Origin: Azolla caroliniana
Lineage: Eukaryota > Plantae > Polypodiophyta
Assembly: GCA_043228905.1 (NCBI GenBank)
Contig: JBHGNT010000007.1
Location: forward strand, 5,208,001 to 5,272,000
Reading direction: 5' to 3'
Length of the DNA: 64,000 bases
Both the position numbers and the translations under genes were made by a program. Of this stretch, positions 13,402 to 25,426 are shown piece by piece (position 1 is the first letter of the stretch; every line of letters starts with the position of its first letter). The notes below the pieces were generated by a model that saw only the letters and a program-made list of their open reading frames with translations, searched no databases and was not told the DNA's origin.

Positions 13402-16400
13402 TTAACCTGGTCTAGTTGAAACCGTCCAACGAACGCCTCTTGGGCTTTGCATCCTTTCTCGTTTCACTTTGTTCAGCTTTTGTTGTAGTAGACCCGCAAC
13501 TCTCACAAGTTCTGGTGATGTTTTTTATATTACATCAAATTCATGAAACTATATGATCTTAACATATAGCCATAGATTAGATTACTTATTTCAACAACAA
13601 TGAGGGAAGATATAAACCTTTCTAACACAAATAATTATTCTACAGCAGAATTTACAGCATAGGAAAGTATCAGATTGGCATCTAAAATGCCCAAAACTCT
13701 CACAAAGTGGTAGTCAGAAATAATATATTGTAGCAACAACGATCTAATCTAATCTAATTGATAAAAAGTCGGATGCTAGTTTGTTAAATTCAATTGAGGT
13801 ACATATATCTTTCTAAGAAGAAAATAATTATCCAAACAATACAAATTTACATAAAAAGAAGTGATAAAAATCCTCAAGAAATAAGATTAATTCCCATAAA
13901 GACCTAAATTCAGAGAACAACTTTCATGATTCTTTCTTCTTATGTTTCTGAGGTTAAGCCATAACTTCAGTGGGATTTATTTTTCAGCCTTTTCTTTACC
14001 AATTTGCACAACCCTTTTATGATTTTCTTAAAGAAAGTAGGCCTTATATTCTGTACAAAACCTAGTATATATACCTGTATAATGGACATAGATATATTAC
14101 CGTCTTTTTCTTTTTGTTTGAAAAAGAAAGATGCAAAAACATCTTTCCACTTCAGTGCTGGGATTGTTTTAAAAATCTTGGTCCAGAACCAACTTACTTT
14201 TTTCCATCTGGGTTCAAATCCACAGAATTCTTGTTATTTTGCATAACTTACACTATAATATGCAAAATTTCACTGGGTCACCTTTTCACATGTGCTCATG
14301 TGCTTCTATTTTCTAAAGCCCTGCAAGTGCAGAAAAGAGGGCCAAATCTTTAAACATTTAATATTTCTTGGGAAATATTACTAGCGTTTGCTTTCATTTA
14401 CTGTAAAAATTCATTCAAAATTCTACATCATAAAAATATTGGAAAGCTTTTTTAAAATTCTTGAAACATAGCCCTAGGACAATACTTAGCCCTCGTAATT
14501 TTTCCTTCTATTTCTCGACTAGATAGTGATAACCTGATGTTTTCAATGACATTTGGCATTGCTCTTGACTACCAGAGTTTTTTCCTCATGATGTGAAAAG
14601 CATAGAGAATCTTTTCACGTGGCAAAAAGAATAGGCAGGCACATTTTCTTAGCATTTGAAGATAATCCCAATAGCTAAGCTATCCTACATTTTAAAACGC
14701 ACAGTAAATTATCATTTTTTAAGGCCCATGAGAAAAGTCTGGAGAACAAAAGAAACAAGTTTCTATCAGATTTAAGATGTGATAATAGGCTTGTCCACAA
14801 TCAGAGCTGTACCAAATTACCAAATTCAACCTAGGATCACTCATAAAGGAGGTCTATAAGTATTTATTGACACTGCATCTCAACAACACAATCTATCATG
14901 TTTTAGAGCCAAGCTTGAAAAGTATTATGCAATGTGGGAAACTAAAAGCTATTTAACGCAGTAATCTTTCACAATTCCTATTCTAATAACTCTTTCTTTA
15001 GGAAGATGACATGAATCATGATGTTTATAAAATGTACTTGTCAATATTTATAGTAATATATTGTTAAATTTGCCTCTCTATGATCGGTTTCTAAAATCTC
15101 ATTACTGAGGCAATAGCATAACATGGGTACCTTGTTTCTAGAGATGTTAATGTTTAAGTATATTGAAAAGACATGCGACTGTTGCAAAAAGTGGAAGACA
15201 ATTTCCCAAATGAAATGGCAAAAATGTTTTCTTATCAAAAAGAATATTTTCCTCTACCTTTGGACCAATCAATGCTCAAGCTTTGGGAGTTCTTGCAATT
15301 GCAAGACTTCTCTTGTTGTAAATGGACGATACAATCCCAAACTATGATACAAAGGTATATCTTCAAACCCATTTTCTTCTTTGTCTTAATTATGTTCTCT
15401 CACTCATACCCATTTATTACTGCTTAATTACCTTGGCTTGAAACTTAAATTAGATTGTAAATATTATAATAGCAAGGAAATATACTGACAAGGATAGCAT
15501 CCAACTCCACACCTAAAACTTGTCTAAAGCTTAAAAACCAGGAAGAAAATCTGTGCCCACATAGATGTTTTAACATCTATTCGATCTTATACATTCAAAA
15601 TAAAAGAGTGTCTTTGGCTATGGTGGGATAGATTATCAAACAAGATAGAATAAAAGCTTAGTACAATACACTGGTAATGATACAGATTCATTTTATCATT
15701 GTCCTTTAAGGTCAGATATACAAGAACGAAGGAAAGACGAACCTTCAAGCGTGCCTTGTTGATCTTCAACTTGAATCTGTGTCACTGCCTCTTGCAAAGC
15801 CAACTCATGCTTTTTCTTCACCGCCAAACGCCTTTCCAAATTACGTACCTCTCTTCGTATTCTAGTTGATTCTTTTCCAGCCTAACCACGTTATATATAC
15901 AGCAATAAACAAATTAATAAAAAGCATTGTCACCAATTTATATGTTATGTTTAATCATATGCATATATAAGAAACATGAGACCTTGCTTACCTTACCAAA
16001 ATTGTTTAAAAAAAATAAACACTTAAATGTAATTGTGAAGTGGTGAAATCTTGGACGATGGGGTTGGATTTTCAGGGTTCGTATTTAAAATTTTCTTCAT
16101 AGTTTTAAGTCTAAGATCAGTGCATACAACCTGGTTGCTGTTAAAACCCTGACTTTACAGCAAAATCACTACCCACAGCCCAAGGGTTGAAACCACAATT
16201 CCATTGCCATTAAGGCAATGCTAATATAAAAGCAAATACAAGAAAATAATAATAATAATAATAATGCAATCATCGTATCACGTTTAGAAGCACTTATTCA
16301 CTTACTGCATGTAGTTCAGCCCTGACCGATTCTAATTCAGCATCCAACTGATCTTCTTCTATTTGAAGTGATAAATCTGAATCCGCTTCACTACAATCCT

Positions 16401-17565
16401 TTTATGAAGAAGACTTAAAGACTTAGTCACACAATTAATATTTAGCATTTTTTTTGTTTTGAATTGTGTTTCAATCTTTCATAAATAGCAAATCTTTTAT
16501 ATTATTAGAGTTGTTTTTCACCTCTTCATGCTTTTGTGGTTCTCTAGTAATGAAGCAATTGATGCGAGAATATTCTTCCCATCGGTTCAAATTCTTCTCC
16601 AGCTTCTCTTGAATAGAGTTAAACACGGCATCAAAGCCCTTCAAAACAAGTAATTTATATATTAGTTTAACACAGTGCTCATACATATGCATGCAAACGG
16701 AGCATAAAACACATACAACTAATATTTGACACAATTTCCTAAATTTCAACAATCCAAATGATAGTGCACAGAATATTGTTTATAACTAGTGTAAAAAAGA
16801 AGAAAACTCCTTTTGAGATGAGTTATAAGTTCATGTAATATATGCAACAGTTATAATTATATAATGAAGATCTAAGCTTATAGAATTTGCATTCTTTTCA
16901 TGTCCAATCAATCAGTATATATGTACTGAGTTAAGGATGGATTCACAAAGAACTTCAACAACAAACAATTAGAAGAATGCAGCAATGCATATGTTGCATA
17001 TATACTACATACAATCACACATACATACATATATATATACATATATATCTCATACAATTATAATTACAATTACACTCACATGCATACATTAAGTACTTAT
17101 ACTACACACATTACATACAATCATACGTATATATACATAAATAACTTCAAATTTATACTAACCACGGTAGTAGCCTTCATAACCTCTCCAGAAGGATTTC
17201 GCAGAACAAAGGGCACATTTCTGTCGAAATCGAAGCGAATGTAAGGAGTAAAAAGCTCAATTCAAATAATTAAAAAGAAAAGCGCAAAAATCAAAGCTAA
17301 AAATGAAGAAAAATGCATATTTTGTTATTTATTTTGCTTACTCTTCAAGAGTGTCGAAGGCGTCTTCAAATATGTCATAGGCCTGCAAAAACAGATTGAA
17401 ACGAGTGGAGGGGAGAAGCAATAGTGAAGAGAAGAAAGAAATAAAGACATAAACAGGGAATTCAAACTTGTGAGAGGAATGTAATGTACAAAAGAAAAAG
17501 GACAAGATGAAATTTACTGCGTTATAGACATGGTCGAAGAAGAGATCAGAATCGAAGGAACCCAT
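13402..17565 (-). CDS. MIS12: Kinetochore protein MIS12 homolog, ~201 aa, 7 exons
   Basis: Exons 17565-17518, 17382-17342, 17220-17163, 16638-16522, 16398-16306, 15881-15743 and 13511-13402 are all GT-AG and in frame. The peptides LNRWEEYSRINCF and LDAELESVRAELHAAGKES match plant MIS12. The last exon could instead splice at 13407. Confidence 0.85.
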
Positions 17566-17749
17566 CTCTTCTGTCTGTCTATCTGTCTATCTGAATTTGT
17601 GTGTGTATCTTGAATCTTCGTGGAATCGATCGATCGAAGGATCGATTCCCGCTACTACCCGAATTTTCAAAAACTAATAAATAAAATAAAATAGAAGAAC
17701 CTCGTGTTCATACTATGAGACCCAATTCTTCTCTCCTTTTTATCGTAAT

Positions 17750-17930
17750 TAGCTTACCCTAGTGGTATGTTGATAACACTACAAGCATTGTGTCTTGGGT
17801 TCAAAACCCAATTTCCTCACCTCTCTATTATATATACTTCATATCTCTATTTCACTAGATGCCACTGTGAAATGTAGGGGTTGAACCCATGACCACCTGG
17901 TCTCCATTGGGCAACCTTACCAATTCTTCT
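17750..17930. mobile_element. SINE-like element with convergent tRNA-like heads, copy 3, in the MIS12 upstream region
   Basis: Plus head: A-box-like TACCCTAGTGG at 17755-17765 and B-box GGTTCAAAAC at 17798-17807. Minus head: GGTCATGGGTTCAACCCC at ~17894-17877. Confidence 0.6.
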
Positions 17931-17954
17931 TTCTCTCTCTCTCTCTCTCATCTT

Positions 17955-19435
17955 CAATCGCGCCCTTGCAGAGGGTTTTCCACCACAATGGACCATGAAC
18001 ACAGTGGCCCCCATACATAAAGGGGGGGACCCCATGGACCCAAATACTTATAGGACCATTATGATAGGTCATACCCTTGCTAAATTATATGGTGCAGTAA
18101 TGGAGACAGAGCTTAGCGATTATATGGAGACCTTAAATCTTCGTGCACCTGAACAGGCTGGCTTTAGACGAGCCTTCTCCACTATTGATCATATCTTCAC
18201 ACTTAGATGCTTAATTGACCAGACTAAGGCTCGCAAGAAGAAACTATATTGTTGTTTTGTGGACCTCCGCAAAGCCTTTGACATGGTCCCTAGAGAGCGG
18301 TTGTTTGATAGGCTTAAGAGCTTGAGGATACCAGATGACATGGTTTGGGCCATCTACGCACTATATGAACAAGTGTCCGGGTGTGTTCGATGCCCAAGTG
18401 GCATATCCGATAGTTTCACTAGCACTATTGGTGTAAAACAAGGTTGCCCCTTATCTTCGACTCTTTTTGGGATCTACATTGATGAGATCACAGATTTTAT
18501 TGCTCATAAGGGAGGCAATGGAGTAGTCCTTGGGGATGCGCAGGTGCGTATCTTGCTCTATGCAGACGACATAGTTTTGCTCTCTGAATCCGAACACGAC
18601 CTACAAAGGCACCTTAATGCCTTAGATGACTTTTGCACACAACGAGGATTGGTACTGAATCTAGGGAAAACTAAAGTCCTTATCTTCCGCACGTCGGCCC
18701 AAGTTAGAGCTAAGTGTCACCTAACTATCTCCCATAGCCCAGTTGAGGAGGTTGGATCATATGTCTGTCTCGGAGTCACTTTCAGTGCCCGCTCAGGTAA
18801 ATTTTCGATGACACAAGCAGTGAAGGATAGACTTACAAGAGGACATGCATCCCTCTCACTCCTCGAGAGACAATGCCACCAAGCATACTTCCAAGAGCCA
18901 CGAACTAAAGGGTGGCTCTTTGACTCATTAGTGACTCCCTCTCTCATGTATGCATCAGCGGTTTGGGCTCCAGGACTACCATCTCTCATGTGGACGCAAT
19001 TAGAGAGACCACTGGTGATGATGTTATCACGCCAACTCCGAAGCAAATCGTCGGTCCCACATGACATTATTAGGGCTGAGTTCACTCTACCCCCTATGTT
19101 AGTAGAAGCACTTTTTCAACTTGTAGTCTTTATCCACAGGATACATAACCAACCACTTGATAGAATATCCCATCAAGCCTTTAAGGCTTCTCGAGCACTG
19201 TATGAGTCTGGCTATACTAGCTCATGGTATGGCATGATGGTGAGTTGGCTTCTTGCCAACGGTCTAGACATTAATAACCTCCCCCCCCCCCCCTTAAGTA
19301 CGACCACACAAGTGATAACACTTTAATCTCTCATGAGGACCGTAATAAAGTAATACGCCAAGAAATATGGCAAATTTATACTCGGTATAAATGGATCACC
19401 CCACTAGAGCCACTCCCATCTAAAATGTCGTACTA
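17955..19435 (+). mobile_element. 5'- and 3'-truncated RTE/RTEX-like LINE, reverse transcriptase ORF 17995..19326
   Basis: Motifs YRTIMI, EQAGFR, FVDLRKAFD, GVKQGCPLS, YADDIVLL, KTKV. Frameshift at the poly-C near 19280. Confidence 0.9.
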
Positions 19436-19874
19436 GAAGATGGGCTTGGGGTAGCATAGGGCTTGATGCGGGCAACATGGTCGGAGGTGAATCGACCATT
19501 GGAATCGCGTTGGAGCAAGTGAGTCATGGATTTGATTGCACAAACCACGGTGAATGGGCCGATCCATCAGTGCATGAGTGATTCGCTGAGACCGTTGTCA
19601 CGAAGTTTCACGTGCGTGTGTTACTTGGGCGGGACCACAGGGGGTCTTGGACTAGGAAGTACTCAAGGGATAGAGAAGACCCGAGGTTTGCTTTATGACA
19701 ATACTACTTCCCGACCCCTTCCCGAGCAAGGGCTTGTTGTCCTTTGTTTTGTGAGGCCGATGGCTTTCGTTGATCACGACTCGTCGACCTTTCGAGATCA
19801 CCGCACGAGCCAAGTGATCAAGCGGGTACAAGCAAGATGAGCACGCAAGATGAACGCACAAGGGGAAAATAACC

Positions 19875-20920
19875 CAAACACACGAATGCCCGTACGTCTT
19901 TATGAGGAGGAGAGGTGCATGGGCACGCTCGAACGCTCCCTCATCACAAGACGTCGAACATACGAGGAAGACACAAAACACACGCACAAATGCTCATACG
20001 CCTTTATGAGGAGGAGAGGTGCATGGGCAAGCCCGAACGCTCCCTCGTCACAAGATGACAGAACATACAAGGAAGTCACAAACACACGCACAAATGCTTG
20101 TACGTCTTTATGAGGAGGAGAGGTGCATGGGCACGCTCGAAACGCTCCCTCGTCACAAGATGACCAAACGTACAAGGAAGACACAAACACACACACAAAA
20201 TGCTCGTACGCCTTTATGAGGAGGAGAGGTGCATGGGCAAGCCCAAATGCTCCCTTGTCACGAGATGACCGAACGTACAAGGAAGACACAAACACACACA
20301 CAAAATGTTTGTACGCCTTTATGAGGAGGAGAGGTGCATGGGCAAGCCCGAATGCTCCCTCGTTACGAGACGACCGAGCGTACAAGGAAGACACAAACAC
20401 ACGCACAAAATGCTTGTACGCCTTTATGAGGAGGAGAGGTGCATGGGCACGCCCGAAACCCTCCCTCATCACAAGACGGCCGAACGTACAAGGAAGACAC
20501 AAATGCTCGTACGTCTTTATGAGGAGGTGAGGTGCATGGGCACGCCCGAAACGCTCCCTCATCACAAGACGACCGAACGTACAAGGAAGACACAAACACA
20601 CACACAAATGCTTGTACGTCTTTATGACAAGGAGAATGAGGAGGTGAGGTGCATGGGCACGCCCGAAACGCTCCCTCATCACAAGACGACCGAACGTACA
20701 AGGAAGACACAAACACACGCACAAATGCTTGTACGTCTTTATGACAAGGTGAGGTGCATGGGCATGCCCAAAACGCTCCCTCGTCACAAGACGGCCGAAC
20801 GTACAAGGAAGACACAAACACATGCACAAATGCTCGTACATCTTTATGAGGAGGAGAGGTGCATGGGCACGCCCGAAACGCTCCCTCATCACAAGACGGC
20901 CAAACGTACAAGGAAGACAC
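19875..20920. repeat. Tandem array, ~105-bp unit, ~10 copies
   Basis: The TATGA anchor of TATGAGGAGGAGAGGTGCATGGGCA recurs at 19901, 20005, 20109, 20215, 20320, 20425, 20518, 20623, 20740 and 20845. Confidence 0.95.
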
Positions 20921-21366
20921 GAACAAAGAAAGAAAGAAAGAAAGAAACACGAATGATATCGGCCAAAGAAATAAATACGTGTTCGATTCCAATGCAAGAG
21001 GACCCTTTATAAAATAGGGTTTGATTACAATGGCAACTTATAGTTAACCACGAGCTCAATCAAAACATAAATACTAAATGCCCTTAGAGACAAGAGCAAA
21101 TCCGAACACGGCGAAGATGAACACACGAGCACCACCAAAATGCCAACCCCAACGAACCATGACCACCCGAACGGCGAGCACACGGGCTCGCAATGACGAA
21201 CGGGGCTTGCAACATCGAACCAACGAAGCTTGGGCTCACGAGCACTTCGAGTGCCGACGTGAAGAAGACGAGCATGAGGTGATGGGGGGATGAAGGGGTA
21301 TGAGATGAAGAGAAGTGGTGAAGAAGAAGATGAAGAGCTCTAAAGGAAAAATAGCAATAGTCTCCC

Positions 21367-21783
21367 AAATGAGCCCCCCTTGACCTCCTTTTATAGGAAA
21401 AAAAGAAGGGGGAGTCGCCAATTTTGTCTTCAATGAAAAAGGAATAAAATTCCTTAAATCACACTGCAGTGTAAGACTAGATTTGAACCATCTCCTCCCA
21501 AACGTCGTCCTCAAATGAGCCCCCCTTGACCTCCTTTTATAGGAAAAAAAGAAGGGGGGGTCGCCAATTTTGTCTTCAATGAAAAAGGAATAAAATTCCT
21601 TAAATCACACTGCAGTGTAAGACTAGATTTGAACCATCTCCTCCCAAACGTCGTCCTCAAATGAGCCCCCCTTGACCTCCTTTTATAGGAAAAAAAGAAG
21701 GGGGGGTCGCCAATTTTGTCTTCAATGAAAAAGGAATAAAATTCCTTAAATCACACTGCAGTGTAAGACTAGATTTGAACCAT
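21367..21783. repeat. Near-perfect 146-bp tandem triplication containing a TATA box
   Basis: Units start at 21367, 21513 and 21659. One substitution is seen between them. Confidence 0.95.
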
Positions 21784-21829
21784 ACACCTCTAGCTAGAAG
21801 TCAATGTGACTATCCACTAGCCTCTATCT

Positions 21830-24430
21830 CTATAAACTTGTGCAAAAGTTGGGATGCGATTGTTAACGCAATGATGTCAAGGATGGCAATAGTTTCAGCC
21901 CATCTTGTGAGGTTTTCTGTTATGACTAGGATATACTTGTTGCCACTAGGGGTTTCGGGAAAAGGTCCCATGAAATCCCATCCAATGAGCTCGAAAGGCG
22001 ATGTGACGGTGATGGGTTGGAGCGTTCCAGCGGGCTTGCTAGCGTGTTGATGTGTTGACACAAAGCACATTGGTTGATGTAGGTAGAGACAGAGTGTCGC
22101 ATGTTCGGCCAATAATACTTGAGACGTAATTTTTCAAGAGCCTTGTGGAAACCCAAGTGACCCGACAATGGGTGGTCGTGATAAAATTGGAGATACGTCT
22201 GTTGTAGGGCATGAGGGATGCAGAGACGCGGCTTGTGATGTGCCTGAATGAAGAACATTAAGTTATCGCGGAGCATGAACCGTCGTTGTGAGGGAAATGG
22301 TTGGAGGGAGCGCCGACAATGGGTGGTCGTGATAAAATTGGAGATACGTCTGTTGTAGGGCATGAGGGATGCAGAGACGCGGCTTGTGATGTGCCTGAAT
22401 GAAGAACATTAAGTTATCGCGGAGCATGAACCGTCGTTGTGAGGGAAATGGTTGGAGGGAGCGCAATTGATGGGTTATCTCTCGGATGGCGGGGTCGTGT
22501 TGCTGAAGTGTAGCGAGTTGTGGTAGTGGCAGTGGAAGGTCAGACGTCGCGGGTAGAAATTGGACAGCTTGGAAATCGGTGCGAGAGAGACTATCGGCGA
22601 CCAAATTGGTTACACCTTTTCGATAGGAGAGGGTAAACTGATAATCTTGAAGTGCCAACATCCATCGCAACAAGCGGCCCGGGGGTGAGGTCAATGAATA
22701 AGAGAAAGTAAGCGTTGGTGGTCAGTCTCAATCGGAACTTGCCCGCCATGAAGGTATGGGTGACATCGTTGGAAAGACCAGACGATCGCAAGTAGTTCCT
22801 TCTCAGTGGTTGAGTAGTTCCGTTCAGCCGATGTGAGAGTTCGGCTAATGAAGGAGACCGCCTTCTCTTGCCCATGGCAATCGGTTTGCAAGAGGACGGC
22901 TCCTAACCCATGGTTAGAGGCATCTGTCTGCAACGTAAACGGTTGGTCAAAGTTAGGATGGGCGAGCAACCCTGATTCCTGGACTATTGTTTTGAGGCGA
23001 TGAAAGTTGTCTTCACAAGTAGGATCCCAAATGAATGACATACCTTTCTTCAGGAGATGACGGAGGGGGAAAGTGACCAAGGCGAGGTTCGGGATGAAGC
23101 GTAGGGAAAAGGTGATCATGCCCAAAAAATGTTGCAATGTTTTTATTGAGGTGGGGCGGGGGTAGTCGGTGATGGAAGCTACCTTTGCAGGGTCCATACG
23201 GATTCCATTGCCAGAGATGATGAAGCCAAGAAAACGGAGGTTGGTGCTTCCCCATCAACACTTCTTCCATTAGAGTTGCAAGTTATGCTTAGTTATGCAA
23301 GCGAGGACTTCAGCAAGCGTTTGTAGATGATCCTCCGAAGTGGTAGTGTGGATAAGGATGTCGTCGAGATAAACGAGGAGGACGCCTTTACTGATAAGGC
23401 TGGAAAAGATGGAGTTTGCCATGCATTGGAATGTGTTGTCGGCATCAGACAGGGCAAATGGCATGCGGGTGAACTGGAACAACCCGCGTCGTGAGCGGAA
23501 TGCGATCTTGTGGGCCTCAGACGACTTTAAGGGGATCTACCAATATCTCGAGGCTAAGTCAAGGGAGGTGAAATAACGGGAGCCCCCGAGGTCGTCCAAG
23601 AGGTCGTCCACGCGAGGGAGGGGGTAGAGGTCATGGATCGTCACTTTGTTGAGAGGCCTAAAGTCGATGCAGAAGCGGAAGGTGCCATCATCCTTCTTGA
23701 TGAGGTGGGGTTCCGAATCCCAATCGTTGGTGGAAGGAATGATAATACATTTGGTGAGCATATCAATGACGGCAGCATCGATGTGATCATGGTCGAGGGG
23801 GGAATGCTTGCGGGTAGTCATGCGGATGGGAGCGGCGTCCCCAGTACGAATGACATGTTGTACCGGGAAAGAGATAGTAGCGGCATGCGTGGGTTGGGGG
23901 GCTAGTGACGAAAAACGAGCTAACAATTGGCGGACGGAGATTAACCGCTCCTTGGGATTGAGGGCCACCTGGACTTGGCTGAGGTGGGGGACATGGGGGC
24001 TATCGTGTAGGAGGGGGATAGGGGGAGCTTGTGGGACAATAAGTTTGTGAGCATCGAAATCAATCATAGCGCGACGCTTGAGGAGCCAATCGCAACCTAA
24101 GGTGAGGGGGAAGAGTTGGTGGGGCAAGACATAAAAGTGGTGTGAGAATGTGAGAGTGCCTAAGGTAACGGTGCAGTGGGCTTGCGTGCGAGAGTGGTAT
24201 AGATGTTGGTGATCGCTAAAAAGGACTTGGATGGAAGGAGCGGCGGTTGTGGGGAGGCCTAATTGGTGAACTAAGGCGGTGCTAATTGAAGAGATACTAC
24301 TACCAGCGTCTAATAGGATGGTGTATGTGGAGTGATTAATGGTGGTGAGAGCGGTGCATACCTGTGAACTAGAAGAGGCGGACGCTTGGACGTGGGGGGC
24401 TGGCTCTTCCATCAGTACCCCGGAAGTTAG
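21830..24430 (-). pseudogene. Element A pol (PR, RT, RNase H, integrase N-terminal half), broken by stops
   Basis: LLDAGSS, RFCIDFRPLN, YLDDILI, LQTDASNHGLGAVL, YSTTEKELLAI, HDHPLSGHLG...YYWP...CALC, GWDFMGPFP. Confidence 0.92.
22163..22464. repeat. Apparently perfect 151-bp tandem duplication in A's pol
   Basis: 22163-22313 equals 22314-22464 by eye, and the same peptide appears in two ORF translations. Confidence 0.92.
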
Positions 24431-24981
24431 TTTCCCGGAAGCTCAGCCAACGATGTTGCATCATCCATGGTTATCTGGGCTTTTTGCTTATGAGATTGTT
24501 GTTGCAATTTCCGGCAATAACGTCAGACGTGTCCATAATTGTGGATGTAAAAACACTTCGGGCGTCCTTGGGCATCGCGATTAGGAAGGTTTCGACGAGT
24601 TTACATCTGCACGTTTTGGATATCAATGTTCATGAGGGTCGCTCCTTGGTACTGCGCGCGCAAGTCGATCGATGGTGGAGGGGGCCATTGTGGTTGGGAG
24701 TCAGATAGCATACAAGCTTCGATATGTTGGGCAATGAGGATCACATCGTTGAAGGTCTTGGGACCTTGGTCCCGGGCACGACGTGTGATGTCAGGGCGTA
24801 GACAGGGCCATACGAAGAAAAGCTTGACATGCTCGGGCATGGTTGGATCGGCACGGACGAGGAGCTGATTTAGGCGAACACTAAATTGGCGTACTGGTTC
24901 GTGTGCTTACTGTTGCAACGTCTCAAGTTGTTGCAATGCCGTTTGGGCTGAATTTTGATGGGTGAAGTTTTGCACGAAGAG

Positions 24982-25272
24982 TGTCATGATATGGCAAGAC
25001 TCGAACCCATGACCTTATGCTACATGGGTCGAGCTCTTGACCATTAGACTATACATTGTAATACGTAGAATATTATTTTCATTTATGTTTTATTATAGAA
25101 AATTGATGTATATTCCAGATTTCTCTAGAACATTCTAGAAACTTCAGGAGTATTCCTTAGAACACTATAAAAGGAGGCACGAGGCATTATTTCGAACCAA
25201 ATCGGTTCAACGCCAGTCTTAAGCCTCCTAGCTACTACTGTACATTCTCTTCACATAATATATATCTTTTCT

Positions 25273-25319
<47 letters not shown>

Positions 25320-25426
25320 CCTCCCTCTCACTCACTCTTTCCTTCTCTCGAGAGTTCTTCACCTCTCTTAGTACTAATACTTCTTTTAGTACTAATTCCT
25401 TCTCTGTCTTAGTACTGTTCCTGACA
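24982..25426 (+). repeat. 5' LTR of element B
   Basis: 445 bp with a TATA at 25166 and a (CT)n tract. About 7-8 substitutions versus the 3' LTR by manual count. Confidence 0.95.

Larger units (their letters stand above)
19596..21800 (-). mobile_element. Long truncated LTR (element D) inserted in the integrase of A
   Basis: Begins abruptly with TGTCACG at 19596 inside A's integrase frame. It is non-coding and has CTATAAAAGGAGG TATA motifs on minus. The other terminus and TSD are not found, and the adjoining integrase core of A is deleted. Confidence 0.6.

Noticed and set aside
14450-14570. Candidate extra MIS12 exon
   Set aside because: The phase required after the 15743 donor hits stop codons. 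The 13511 exon fits both phase and homology.
19875-20920. CRISPR-like regular array and its long repeat ORFs (365, 235, 209 aa)
   Set aside because: The units are contiguous tandem repeats without unique spacers, there are no cas genes, and the context is eukaryotic. The ORFs are by-products of the repeat.
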